64,000 bases of DNA from Rubripirellula sp. (GCA_965216875.1 OZ244207.1:2144001-2208000); one strand, 5' to 3'. Counted from the first letter of the stretch, positions 40,550-50,321 are shown. The notes: a model not told the origin generated them from the sequence alone. Program-made: numbers and translations.

Positions 40550-41893
40550 ATGCGATCGATCCTGTGTGTTGTGGCTTTTGTCTCTTCTGCAACCTTCTTT
40601 GCAGCGTCCACCGTCGACGCATCGTCACCCAAGAGCATTGACGAGCTTTCGACGCATCATCAATCGGCTGTCATCGAAATCGATGATGACAGCGACATGA
40701 AGATCAACGCCTTTTGCCTCGATGCAAAAGGGCACATTGTTGCCGCGGTTGGCAATGGTCCTGGCGGAGTACGAGTGGTTGACGATTCCGGCAAAGTATT
40801 GGCGACTTGGGATTTGGATATCAAACCCGAATCGATCAATGTGACCGACTCGGGCGACATTCTGGTCGGTGGCGAGGGAAAACTTTATCGCTTCAGCGAC
40901 AAAGGCGCACTTTTGCAAGAAGCGACGTCACCCCATGCGGAACGTTTGAAGAACAGCAAGGAAGCGCTTCGCAAAATGGCGATTCAAAACCTTGAACGTC
41001 GCCGTCATCCCTACCGGTCTCAGATTCAATCCTACGAATCGATCATCGCGCAACTCGAGGAACGAGCCAAAACCACCGAGTTGAACGCAAACGAAAAACA
41101 AACGCTCGAAATCTTGCCGAATACGCTCGAGCGAATCAAAGAGATGCAGAAAGCGCGTAAGGCAGCCGCTGGCGGCGACGAAGAAGAGGACGAAGAAAAA
41201 GGGCCGAGCGAACAAGAGATTGAATCGCAAATCGCGAGCCTGATGAAATCCAAAATGCGCATCTCGTCGATCAGCAGTAGTGGCGATAAGGTCTTCGTCA
41301 CAACGCGTGGCGTCGAAGGCTATGGCTATGACGTCTGGAAAACGGACACGAAATTCACAAGTTCGGAAGTGATCATCACGGGTCTCCGTGGATGCTGTGG
41401 ACAAATGGACGTTCAATGCTGCGAACAAGGCATTTTCGTCGCCGAGAATTCAGCGGATCGCGTGGTTCACTACGACTTTGACGGAAAGGAAATCATTCAT
41501 TGGGGAAAATCGGACCGCACGGGGATCGATGGCTTCGCGAGTTGTTGCAACCCAATGAACGTTTGCTTTGACCAGAAAGGCTATGTCTACACCGCCGAAG
41601 CAAGTGTCGGTCGAATCAAGCAATTTGATTCCGAGGGCAAGTTGATCGCCTACATCGGCGACGTCGATCTTGTCCCTGGATGCAAGAACGTGTCGATCGC
41701 GGTTTCGCCCGTTTCGGACAGCATCTACATGCTCGACCTGACACGAAACCACATCAAAATGATGAAACCCAAACCGCCCGAAGCCGAAGGCGATGATGAA
41801 GCTCCCGCTGAAGCCGCACCTGATGCGGCAGCGGAACAAGCTTCCATTACAAAGGCACTCCTGAGTCTGTTTACAAACGAACTCTCCAAGTAG
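40550..41893 (+). CDS. Secreted NHL-repeat beta-propeller protein with vicinal Cys motifs and helical insertion
   Basis: GGAGG RBS, signal peptide, NHL-like repeats; GCCG, QCCE, SCCNP and PGCK motifs. Confidence 0.85.
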   Translation: MRSILCVVAFVSSATFFAASTVDASSPKSIDELSTHHQSAVIEIDDDSDMKINAFCLDAKGHIVAAVGNGPGGVRVVDDSGKVLATWDLDIKPESINVTDSGDILVGGEGKLYRFSDKGALLQEATSPHAERLKNSKEALRKMAIQNLERRRHPYRSQIQSYESIIAQLEERAKTTELNANEKQTLEILPNTLERIKEMQKARKAAAGGDEEEDEEKGPSEQEIESQIASLMKSKMRISSISSSGDKVFVTTRGVEGYGYDVWKTDTKFTSSEVIITGLRGCCGQMDVQCCEQGIFVAENSADRVVHYDFDGKEIIHWGKSDRTGIDGFASCCNPMNVCFDQKGYVYTAEASVGRIKQFDSEGKLIAYIGDVDLVPGCKNVSIAVSPVSDSIYMLDLTRNHIKMMKPKPPEAEGDDEAPAEAAPDAAAEQASITKALLSLFTNELSK

Positions 41894-42081
41894 TGCCTGC
41901 CCAGAGCTCTTGTGAGCAACCATCTGTGGTATCGCCTTTAGGCGGATGAGCAGATTCCGTCCAAAGGCTGGTGCTGCAAACGATCGCCCGCCCTCCCTGC
42001 AACGGAGGGCGTTGAAATGAGAATGCCACGACATGCGTTGTCGTTGTTGTGCCAAGCATGACCCAGCGGAGAAAAAGAACC

Positions 42082-42948
42082 ATGTTAAAGATGCGATTCC
42101 TCGCCGGATTGTTTGTTCTTGTTGGATGCGGCGTCTTGAGTGCGGCCGAACCGCGGCCGACGCTGTCGCTGGTTGTCATGGATCCACTTGCGGCACCGCT
42201 GTCCTGCCCCTGTGTCGAGGGCTACGCGCAGCGGGACTACAAAGTTCTTGCAGAACACCTCAGCGAGAAGCTCGGACGAAAGGTCACGGTTCACTTTGGT
42301 GAGACGTTGGCAGCGGCCAAGAAAAAGGCTGGCGGAAAGGCTGACATCCTGATCGGCAAAAACTCAGTCGTCATCTTCGACGCCAAAGAAGAAGGGCTCT
42401 CGATTGAGGCCGTCGGACGGTTGACCGACAAGACAGGGTCGGTCGATCAATACGGAATGATTGTTGTCAACAAAGACGACCCGGCCGAAAAGGTCACGGA
42501 TCTGAATGGTTACACCGTCATTTTTGGTCCCGCCGAAGCGGACGAAAAGCATGCCGCCGCCTTGCAGCTGTTGGATGAGGCGGGGATCGTAATTCCCAAG
42601 GACCGCCGCAAAATGGATGATGCCTGCAGCGACGGCGCATGCAAGGTGATTGACCTTGGCCCAAAATCCAAAACGGCTGCGGTCATCAGCAGCTATGCCC
42701 AACCGTTGCTCGAAGGTTGCGGAACGATCAAGAAAGGCGACCTTCGTGTTGTTGGCAAAACGGCTCCGGTCCCGTTCATTACCGCATTTGTTTCCGCTGA
42801 CCTATCCGGCGAAGATCGTGAAGCGATCGAAACCGCATTGGCGGGCGTTGCCTTGGAGCCGACCGTGATCAGCGCGCTTGAGTCGCTGGTCGGGTTCCTG
42901 CCTGTTGATGCTTCCTCCAGCCAATCGCTGGTCTCAAAAAAAAAGTAG
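42082..42948 (+). CDS. PhnD/SsuA-like periplasmic substrate-binding protein, Cys-rich
   Basis: Signal peptide; YKVLAEHLSEKLGRKV, ADILIG, VNKDDPAEKVTDLNG and LRVVGKT; SCPC, CSDGAC and EGCG; ends KKK-stop on an A9 run. Confidence 0.85.
   Translation: MLKMRFLAGLFVLVGCGVLSAAEPRPTLSLVVMDPLAAPLSCPCVEGYAQRDYKVLAEHLSEKLGRKVTVHFGETLAAAKKKAGGKADILIGKNSVVIFDAKEEGLSIEAVGRLTDKTGSVDQYGMIVVNKDDPAEKVTDLNGYTVIFGPAEADEKHAAALQLLDEAGIVIPKDRRKMDDACSDGACKVIDLGPKSKTAAVISSYAQPLLEGCGTIKKGDLRVVGKTAPVPFITAFVSADLSGEDREAIETALAGVALEPTVISALESLVGFLPVDASSSQSLVSKKK
42936..42945 (+). other. Candidate -1 frameshift / transcriptional slippage site (A9G; A-AAA-AAG)
   Basis: TCA AAA AAA AAG TAG in frame 0; the -1 frame reads AAA GTA GCC ACT... 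into the PQQ-like domain. Confidence 0.7.
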
Positions 42949-44105
42949 CCACTGAACCTTCGGGATGGCCTGGATGGCGGGGTCGTCATCGTGATGGCCG
43001 CACCGCTTGGCTACCTGATTCTCTGCCAAAATCTCCCAACATCGTTTGGGAGATTCCGCTGACCGACAATGGTCTTGGCGGCATTGCTGCCATCGACGAG
43101 GTTGTGATCTTTGGCGACCGCGACTTGCCCGACTTTCACGATGTGTTTCGCTGTGTCGAAGCCGACTCGGGTGAAACCCGCTGGGAAGTTCCGCGTCTGG
43201 CCATTGCGGGGCTCGACTACGGCAATTCCCCGCGCGCTACGCCGCTGATTGTTGGCGACAACGTGATTTGCCAAGGCGCACATGGCCATCTGCTGTGCAT
43301 CGAAATCGCCACGGGCCGCGTCGTTTGGGAAAAAAACTTTCGTGATGACTTTCCAATCAACGAAGAGCTTCCCTGGGGTTATTGTGGCTCGCCGCTCTTG
43401 GTCGACGGCAAAATCATCGTCGCTCCCGGGTCAAGCGATGCATCGCTTCTCGCTCTCGATCCCCATTCGGGAGAGATCGTTTGGCAGAGCCCCGGAATCT
43501 TGCCCTCCTACGGCTCGCTGAATGCAGCGACGCTTGGTGGCGTGCTGCAAATCGTCGGTCACGACGCAAAGACAATCGGTGGCTGGGATGTAAAGACTGG
43601 CGAACGCCTGTGGACGATCCTTCCGGCATCCGATGGCGACTTTAACGTACCGACGCCTATCATCCTCGACGGCAAAATGTTCGTTGTCACCGAGAACAAT
43701 GGAGCACGGCTGTTTGAATTTGGCGCGGGTGGCCAAATCAAACCGGATCCCATCGCCGTGAATCCCAAGCTCCGCTCCGACATGACCACGCCCGTTGTCG
43801 TTGGCAACCACCTCTACTGCGTCAAGGGATTCCTCTATTGCCTGGACATTGACGATGATCTTTCCGAGCAATGGCGTTTGCGCGACAAGAGCCTGGGAGA
43901 CTACGCGTCGCTGATCAGTTCATCGGATCACGTTTTGGTCATGGGCAAGGGTGAGTTGCTTCTGTTCGATGCCGATGGCACCAAGAAAGTGAAATCGCGG
44001 CTACGCGTTTTTGACCAGCGCAGCGACCACTATGCTCATCCGGCAATTGTGGGCGATCGACTTTACCTACGCGGCGAGAACCGCTTGGTTTGTTTGCAGC
44101 TTTGA
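42945..44105 (+). CDS. PQQ-binding-like beta-propeller (BamB-like) domain, apparently reached by -1 frameshift
   Basis: Coding frame begins VATEPSGWPGWRGRHRDG...IVWE, the canonical N-terminus of this family. The first ATG/GTG/TTG is only at 43104. Propeller repeats GETRWE, GRVVWE, GEIVWQ and GERLWT. Confidence 0.88.
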   Translation, partial: VATEPSGWPGWRGRHRDGRTAWLPDSLPKSPNIVWEIPLTDNGLGGIAAIDEVVIFGDRDLPDFHDVFRCVEADSGETRWEVPRLAIAGLDYGNSPRATPLIVGDNVICQGAHGHLLCIEIATGRVVWEKNFRDDFPINEELPWGYCGSPLLVDGKIIVAPGSSDASLLALDPHSGEIVWQSPGILPSYGSLNAATLGGVLQIVGHDAKTIGGWDVKTGERLWTILPASDGDFNVPTPIILDGKMFVVTENNGARLFEFGAGGQIKPDPIAVNPKLRSDMTTPVVVGNHLYCVKGFLYCLDIDDDLSEQWRLRDKSLGDYASLISSSDHVLVMGKGELLLFDADGTKKVKSRLRVFDQRSDHYAHPAIVGDRLYLRGENRLVCLQL

Positions 44106-44178
44106 TGCGCAACAAAAGAGCCAACGAGTTGAAAACCCGCTGGCTCGACGTTGGATTCAAATTCGAAGTGATTCGAAA

Positions 44179-44496
44179 CTATTCGCCTTCTGGCTTGTCA
44201 CCACCGGCGGCTTCCGCTTCATCGCCACCAGTAGCCTCTGCTTCGTCAGCGCCAGCCGATGCGTCTGCATCGTCGTCGCCTTCAGCGTGATCGTCGGCGC
44301 CATCTTCATCATGGTCGTGACCATCTTCGTCATGATCGCCGTCTTCGTCGTGATCGTGGCCATCGCCGTCAGCCGTTTCAGCTGTGTCGGCACTATCAGT
44401 CGTTGTGGTGGTGGATGATTTGTCACAACCCACTGCGAAAAGCACGATGCTAAAAAGTGCTGCGAACAGAGAGGTGTGACTGAGGAAACGTTTCAT
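44179..44496 (-). CDS. Acidic His/Asp-rich small lipoprotein
   Basis: MKRFLSH...LFAVGC lipobox followed by DGHDHDEDGDHDEDGHDHDEDG repeats. Confidence 0.8.
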   Translation of the reverse strand: MKRFLSHTSLFAALFSIVLFAVGCDKSSTTTTTDSADTAETADGDGHDHDEDGDHDEDGHDHDEDGADDHAEGDDDADASAGADEAEATGGDEAEAAGGDKPEGE

Positions 44497-44698
44497 CGAT
44501 TCCGCCCATAAGATCGAGTTAGATTGAATGCCGGCCAAGCCCACGCCTTAACCGGTCCTTAACATTAAGTTGAATCCATTTTGCCCTCTTGTGCTATGTG
44601 CCAAACGTGGCGAGCGTCAGTTTTTTGAATAAGTTCGCGTTCGTTCACAATGGCGAGTTTAGGAAGCATCGCGACAATCAGGTTGTTGGTACGAGTAG

Positions 44699-45415
44699 AT
44701 GAGCCAAAATCCATACCAAGCACCGACGGAGACCGTCGAGGAATCCGAGGAGGTCGATTGGTCGCAGGCGACCGAGCTTCCGAAACTCCTCTTTGGCTTG
44801 CAGATGATTCAATGGGCTTGGAATAGCACTGCCGTGGTGCTGGGCATCCTGATCCTTGGCCCAATGCTGGGCAGCTTTCACTTCACCCAATGGCTGGCCG
44901 GCGGCGTGACGGCCCTTTGCGGATTGCTGGTTGCCTGCTCACCGTTTGCCTTGACAATGGCTGGCAATCGATTCGGAAACCAAAAACATGCGGTCATGGC
45001 TTGTATCGCGGGGATCGCTTCATTGGGATTGGCCATCGCGATCTGGGTATTCTTTGATGTTCAACGAAGCGAAATTGGCTTCTTGCAGAATGGTGTCTTT
45101 CTAGCGTTCACCTTCCTGATCGGTGCCGCCTGCTCCATCGTCCAATACCAGCGAGAGTTTTGCTCGTTCGTCGGTTTCGTGGACATTGGTCGCCGTTGCA
45201 AGCGTCTGATTTGGTTCATTATTGCCTTTTGGATCACTGGCAGCGTTTCGCTCTACGGAGTTCAGTGGATGCCAAGATGGCTTGCGCCATGGCTCGTCGT
45301 TGGCTGTGCTTTTTCAGGAGTCTTCTTCTTGGTCGAATTTGGCGGGCTGCCCGGAGTCATCGTCAAAGCTGCGAAACGGCGTCAACGCATGGGGAATCGT
45401 CTCTACGAGATTTGA
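44699..45415 (+). CDS. Hypothetical multi-TM membrane protein (NPYxxP N-terminus), paralogue 1
   Basis: About six TM segments; alignable with 47173-47865. Confidence 0.8.
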   Translation: MSQNPYQAPTETVEESEEVDWSQATELPKLLFGLQMIQWAWNSTAVVLGILILGPMLGSFHFTQWLAGGVTALCGLLVACSPFALTMAGNRFGNQKHAVMACIAGIASLGLAIAIWVFFDVQRSEIGFLQNGVFLAFTFLIGAACSIVQYQREFCSFVGFVDIGRRCKRLIWFIIAFWITGSVSLYGVQWMPRWLAPWLVVGCAFSGVFFLVEFGGLPGVIVKAAKRRQRMGNRLYEI

Positions 45416-45538
45416 ACCGTCGGTGTCATGTCGCTGCCTCGTCGCATCCTGGCGCCTACGGGGCTCGTCTATAATCTCTTGTCAAATGGGCACACTTGAC
45501 GGCTTCAACCGAAATGCATCCCACCTAAGAATCCCGCC

Positions 45539-47167
45539 ATGCGAACATCGACGCTTCTGGCAAGCCTTCTGCTTGCTTGTCTCTACATTGCGATCCAACC
45601 GACGTCCTCACTCGGTAACGATCGTTGGCAAATGTCAGGTTACCTGTTGGTTCCCAACGAGCGCGTGCCTGAAGACTTCGGGGGCGGCTTCTCGATGTAC
45701 GTCGCTGCCTGGCCGCTACTGGACAAGTATCCGAGCAACCGATTTCAAACCGGTTTGTTTGGAACATGGATGCACCCACACTACGACAACAAACCCGAAG
45801 AAAAACTTTACACCGACATCGAAGGTGGCCTGGGGTGGTGGCGTGACACGCGATTCGCGACCGAGACCCCCAAGTTCATCATGGGTGGCGTCGCACTCAA
45901 CTTCAGTATGTGGGCTAATGGTCCAGGCGCCGGCAAGGGTCGTGATTGGGATCGCCCCAATGGCAAGTACGCCGTGGTGCAGCTGAGCCCGAATGTGCTA
46001 TGGCCGCCGGATGGATTGAACCTCAAGCAAGGCACCTCTGGACAACTCTTTGGCTACGGCTACTTGCCTCTGCCGTTGACAGAACCAAAGGCCAGCACGG
46101 CTGGCAAGGACGTTCCGACCGGAAACCAATGCTGGACATTGTTTATCAATTCCGGAAACTACAAAGGACCACTCACGTTCTTTGCGCCCTACTTCTGGAC
46201 CAAGGCAAGTGTTGAGCGTCCAGAACTGTCGGGCATGTTCCTTGACTCGCGACCGTCGAAAGCCAACCGCGCCCTTCAGATGGAAACTCAGTATGTCCCG
46301 GCCGCTCAGTACGAAGACGAGAGCGGCAACCGATTCGCACGCGTTGCGCCAACGCTTTTTCCAATCGACGAAAATGGTGACACCGTCGTCGTCCACCAAA
46401 TTCGGTCCTACCGAAAGGACGCGCTGTGGAACGACGTGGAAGCTTGGTTCCAAGGTGGAACTGCCGCAACAGGGACCATCGATCCAAACCAGTCGATCGT
46501 TCATAAGTTTCCAGGTCGCGGGGGCGCAACATGGCAAATCTACGAGCAAGGGTCCGAGCGGAGCGACCGCTCGCCACTCGCTTGGGACTCTTTTGCCAAA
46601 CCAACCGCTCTCGCTGACGATACGTTCGGGTACCAATGGGACAAAGATCTGGTCAATCGGCGGCAATACAAGGACAAGCCCTACGTGTCGTTGCCCGAAT
46701 TCTACAAGCTGACCAAAAACGATCGCGGACGTAGTCGTTGGCAACCCGTGACAAAAGAGAACGCGCCCAACCCTGAGCGGTTGCCGCTCGATCGTCCTGG
46801 CCGCGCCGAGCAGCGTCCCTATGTCACTCCCGAGCAAGCCAACTCAAGCTGGAAAACGCCTGGACCTGCTGCGGGTCCATTCAAGGCCTACCCGGGCGAT
46901 GGCAGCGAGGTGACCTATTACTGGTACCGATTTGCCGACCAACCTGCTTTGCTGAACGCGGACCTGACAAAGCAAGAACGCGAGGCACTTCAAGCGCGAG
47001 CCGAATTGATCCATCGCAATTGGGGGCAGGACCGCGACTACTTGCCGCCCTCGCGAATCGGAGAGCTCGCCGAGCTCGATCCAAACTTGATTGTCACGCC
47101 GCCGAAAGGACTCGAATTTGGCTACGTCCCAATCGTCACGCGCCAGGGAACAGCCAAAATCAAATAG
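45539..47167 (+). CDS. Secreted hypothetical protein (542 aa, Trp/Gly/Pro-rich)
   Basis: Signal peptide, long ORF with typical codon usage; no family recognised. Confidence 0.85.
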   Translation: MRTSTLLASLLLACLYIAIQPTSSLGNDRWQMSGYLLVPNERVPEDFGGGFSMYVAAWPLLDKYPSNRFQTGLFGTWMHPHYDNKPEEKLYTDIEGGLGWWRDTRFATETPKFIMGGVALNFSMWANGPGAGKGRDWDRPNGKYAVVQLSPNVLWPPDGLNLKQGTSGQLFGYGYLPLPLTEPKASTAGKDVPTGNQCWTLFINSGNYKGPLTFFAPYFWTKASVERPELSGMFLDSRPSKANRALQMETQYVPAAQYEDESGNRFARVAPTLFPIDENGDTVVVHQIRSYRKDALWNDVEAWFQGGTAATGTIDPNQSIVHKFPGRGGATWQIYEQGSERSDRSPLAWDSFAKPTALADDTFGYQWDKDLVNRRQYKDKPYVSLPEFYKLTKNDRGRSRWQPVTKENAPNPERLPLDRPGRAEQRPYVTPEQANSSWKTPGPAAGPFKAYPGDGSEVTYYWYRFADQPALLNADLTKQEREALQARAELIHRNWGQDRDYLPPSRIGELAELDPNLIVTPPKGLEFGYVPIVTRQGTAKIK

Positions 47168-47172
47168 GGGTC

Positions 47173-47865
47173 ATGAGAATGAATCCTTACCAAAGTCCTG
47201 CTGAACCAGGCATCGACGACAATGCCGATGACGACAGGATCCCGGCAGAGGAACTGGGAAAGATTCTCCTTGGCTTCCGATTCTTGAACCTTGCTTGGCT
47301 CACCTTAGCCGTGGCGGTCCTTGCACTGTTGGCCATTAGTGTGTTCTTTGATTCGATCGTGATGGTGAGTCGCGCAGCTGGCCTGATCTTGCTCGTCGCT
47401 CTCGTGCTTGTGGGCGCGTCGCCAATCGCACTTCTGAGCGCGGGCAATCGGCACGGAAACCGCCGCTACGCTGCGGGCGCCTGTGTTGGGTTGGTAGCTT
47501 CGTTACTGTTCGCTCTTGTCGCTTGGCTGACGGACACGGGGGCGATTGTGTTCCTGGGTTTCAGTTGCCTTTGCGCCGGCGCTGCCTGCCTGGCCGAATA
47601 CCAACGTCGTTTTTGCGTCGCGTTTGGATTGCGCGAGCTTACGCGGCGATGCAACCGTCTTCGATTCCTGATCTTCTTATTTTGGGCCGGTTCAGGACTA
47701 TTGGTGATCGGACGCATATGGACGGCCGAAGAAACGACAATTCGACTGATAGTGGTCTCGGGCTTTTGTGCCTGTTTTGGCCTGATGGACCTCGGAGGCA
47801 TTCCCGAACAGATCATCCAAGCCGTCCGTCGTCGAGAGCGTCTTGCCGACCGGATCGATGCATAG
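47173..47865 (+). CDS. Hypothetical multi-TM membrane protein (NPYxxP N-terminus), paralogue 2
   Basis: MRMNPYQSP...; alignable with 44699-45415. Confidence 0.8.
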   Translation: MRMNPYQSPAEPGIDDNADDDRIPAEELGKILLGFRFLNLAWLTLAVAVLALLAISVFFDSIVMVSRAAGLILLVALVLVGASPIALLSAGNRHGNRRYAAGACVGLVASLLFALVAWLTDTGAIVFLGFSCLCAGAACLAEYQRRFCVAFGLRELTRRCNRLRFLIFLFWAGSGLLVIGRIWTAEETTIRLIVVSGFCACFGLMDLGGIPEQIIQAVRRRERLADRIDA

Positions 47866-48212
47866 ACGCTAGGCTGTTCGCCTTGCTGGTCTAGCCGCGG
47901 CGTCGCTGCGAGCGGCCAAACAGCGGATCCAGCAGCTGGCGGCATTAGCAACGCCCAGTTTTGGCCAGCCTCCGATCAACGGAATCCAGCCAGCTCGCAA
48001 ACGGCTAGGCTTGCCGAAACTCGGTGGTTCCGGTAGGCTGCCGCACCTTGTGGCACCCTGGTAGGCGGGGTGTCCGTACCATTTCCCTACTTCCACTGCA
48101 CTGGGACGAAGGGCGAGAAGCACGTGTTTTCCGTGTTCGATGCCCTGGAATCGGTCCATTTTTGGCCGTTCTCTCGGAGCCCGCTGGTGGAGAAAGACGA
48201 GGATTTTGTCCT

Positions 48213-49013
48213 ATGGCAAACCCGATTGTTCAACAGATGATCGAAGCTGGTGTTCACTTTGGACACCGCACCAGTCTCTGGAACCCGAAGATGGCTCCTT
48301 ACATCTTCGGTCGTAAGAACCAGATCCACATCATGGACATCCGCGAGACGCTTCGCGGGATGTTGAGTGCCAAAAAATACCTCAGCCAAGTTGCTGCCGG
48401 CGGTAGCTTGATCCTTTTCGTCGGAACCAAGCGTCAGGCTGGCGAAGCGGTCGAAAACCACGCACTTCGCTGCGGCATGCCCTTTGTCAGCGAACGATGG
48501 CTCGGAGGAACACTGACCAACTTCCGCACCATTCGCAGCCGACTGGGTCGATTGGAAGAACTCGAAGAGCTTCGCGGCAGCGACAAGATCAACGACTACA
48601 GCAAGAAGATGCAGTCGTCGCTGAATCGCGAATACCGCAAAATGTACCGCAACCTGAACGGTTTGCGAACGATGAACCGATTGCCAGAGTGCCTGTTCAT
48701 TGTTGACCCAGGCAAAGAACGCAACGCTGTTCGTGAAGCGAAGCGATTGGGCATCACCACCGTCGCTCTGATCGATACCGACAGCGACCCAAGCCAAATC
48801 GACCTGCCGATTCCAGGCAACGACGATGGTATCCGCAGTGTCGAATTGATCATGCGTCATCTCGCCGATGCTGTGATCCAGGGCAAGGGCCAAGCAGCGA
48901 TGCAACAAGGCAAAGACGCTTCCGAAGCTGTCGCACAACCTGCGGCCGCCGCAGCAGCTGCCGACCAGCCCGCTGCTGCTGAGGCGACTGCCGAAGCATC
49001 GGCTGAAGGCTAG
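48213..49013 (+). CDS. rpsB: 30S ribosomal protein S2
   Basis: [28 protein letters not shown] and IPGNDD. Confidence 0.98.
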   Translation: MANPIVQQMIEAGVHFGHRTSLWNPKMAPYIFGRKNQIHIMDIRETLRGMLSAKKYLSQVAAGGSLILFVGTKRQAGEAVENHALRCGMPFVSERWLGGTLTNFRTIRSRLGRLEELEELRGSDKINDYSKKMQSSLNREYRKMYRNLNGLRTMNRLPECLFIVDPGKERNAVREAKRLGITTVALIDTDSDPSQIDLPIPGNDDGIRSVELIMRHLADAVIQGKGQAAMQQGKDASEAVAQPAAAAAAADQPAAAEATAEASAEG

Positions 49014-49270
49014 GTCCCGACGGGGATCGGAAGTGGCGGTGATCACACCGCCACGTGCCTCGCGGCGCCATTGCCGCTCCGATCGCGCGAACACCACAAA
49101 TTCGCAACGCGTCTTACAAATCATCGGCTCGGTGCAACCGTACCGAGCCCGCGGCCAAATCAGTTGGTTTGGCTGGCAAGAACCCGCAAGTGCCAACCAC
49201 CTCCCCCTTTGTCGCTTGCACCCCCAATACAACGAACCATTCCAAATTCAGGAGTAGTCAAAGAAAGACA

Positions 49271-50248
49271 ATGTCTATCTCAGCAAAAGATGTTGCCGAA
49301 CTCAGGAAAGCCACCGGCGCGGGGATGATGGACTGCAAGGAGGCACTGAAAGAGTCTGGCGGAGACTTGGACGGTGCTCTGGAGTTCCTCCGCAAAAAGG
49401 GCCAAAAGGTTGCCGCCAAGCGTGCTGACCGCGAAGCCAACGAAGGCGTCGTCGTCGCACTGCTCGATGAAGCTGGCAACAAAGGTATCTTGGTTGCACT
49501 GAGCTGCGAAACCGACTTCGTCGCCAAGAACGACGACTTCATCGCGCTCACCAACAACATTGCCAAGCTGGCGATGGAAAACGGTATCGACTCCAAAGAC
49601 GCTCTGAATGCAATGCCATTCGAGGGTTCGACCGTTGCTGAAAAGCTGGTCGAGCAAACGGGTGTCATCGGTGAGAAAATCGAGGTCTCGGACTTCCAAG
49701 TCATCGAAGGCGACAACCTAACCACCTACATCCACGCTGGCAGCAAGATCGGCACGATCGTCTCGTACAAGGATGGCGGTGCCGACAACGCGGGCGACTT
49801 CTTCCGCGGTGTTGCAATGCACATCGCCGCAATGAGCCCATCGATCCTGCACCCATCGGAATTCGATGAAGAGCTTGTGATCAAGGAAACCGAGTCGCTT
49901 CAGAGCCAGATCCAAATCGAGAACGAAGACCGTGCTCGTTTGGGCAAGGCACTCAAGACCGTTCCTCAGTACTCGAGCGCCCGACAATTGACTCCTGAAG
50001 TCATGGCGGCTGCCGAGGAAAAGATCAAGGAAGAGCTCAAAGCCGAGGGCAAGCCCGAGAAGATCTGGGACAAAATCATCCCCGGAAAGCTCGAGCGTTT
50101 TGTCGCTGACAACACGCTGCTTGACCAAGAGCGTTGCTTGCTGAGCCAGTTCTTTGCTCTTGACGACACCAAAACCGTCGAAGCTGCCGTCGCCGGTTTG
50201 GCCGACGGAGCTGAAATCCTTGGATTCAAACGCGTCGCGGTCGGTTAG
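49271..50248 (+). CDS. tsf: Elongation factor Ts
   Basis: [36 protein letters not shown] and [10 protein letters not shown]. Confidence 0.98.
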   Translation: MSISAKDVAELRKATGAGMMDCKEALKESGGDLDGALEFLRKKGQKVAAKRADREANEGVVVALLDEAGNKGILVALSCETDFVAKNDDFIALTNNIAKLAMENGIDSKDALNAMPFEGSTVAEKLVEQTGVIGEKIEVSDFQVIEGDNLTTYIHAGSKIGTIVSYKDGGADNAGDFFRGVAMHIAAMSPSILHPSEFDEELVIKETESLQSQIQIENEDRARLGKALKTVPQYSSARQLTPEVMAAAEEKIKEELKAEGKPEKIWDKIIPGKLERFVADNTLLDQERCLLSQFFALDDTKTVEAAVAGLADGAEILGFKRVAVG

Positions 50249-50281
50249 TCGCGAGCGATTCGACGAATCGTCACAATCACG

Positions 50282-50321
50282 AAACCTTGCCGGTCCCCCA
50301 ATGGGATCGGCGAGGTTTTTT
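50282..50321 (+). terminator. Intrinsic terminator after tsf
   Basis: aaaccttgccggtccc-ccaat-gggatcggcgaggtttttt stem plus U-tract. Confidence 0.75.

Noticed and set aside
40550..42948. Selenocysteine recoding in the Cys-rich operon
   Set aside because: No in-frame TGA; all motif positions are Cys codons in this genome.
43104..44105. GTG at 43104 as the true start of the PQQ-like protein
   Set aside because: It would remove 53 codons including the conserved WPGWRG..RDG start and first blade strand, and would leave no signal peptide.
48110..48212. S2 autoregulatory leader RNA (t44-like)
   Set aside because: The position is appropriate, but I could not match the consensus confidently without a covariance search.
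48087..49232. 381-aa antisense ORF over rpsB, and similar long shadow ORFs (e.g. 12667-13653, 56919-57803, 62455-63417)
   Set aside because: They lie antisense to well-supported genes, have no motifs, and are expected from codon bias in GC-rich DNA.
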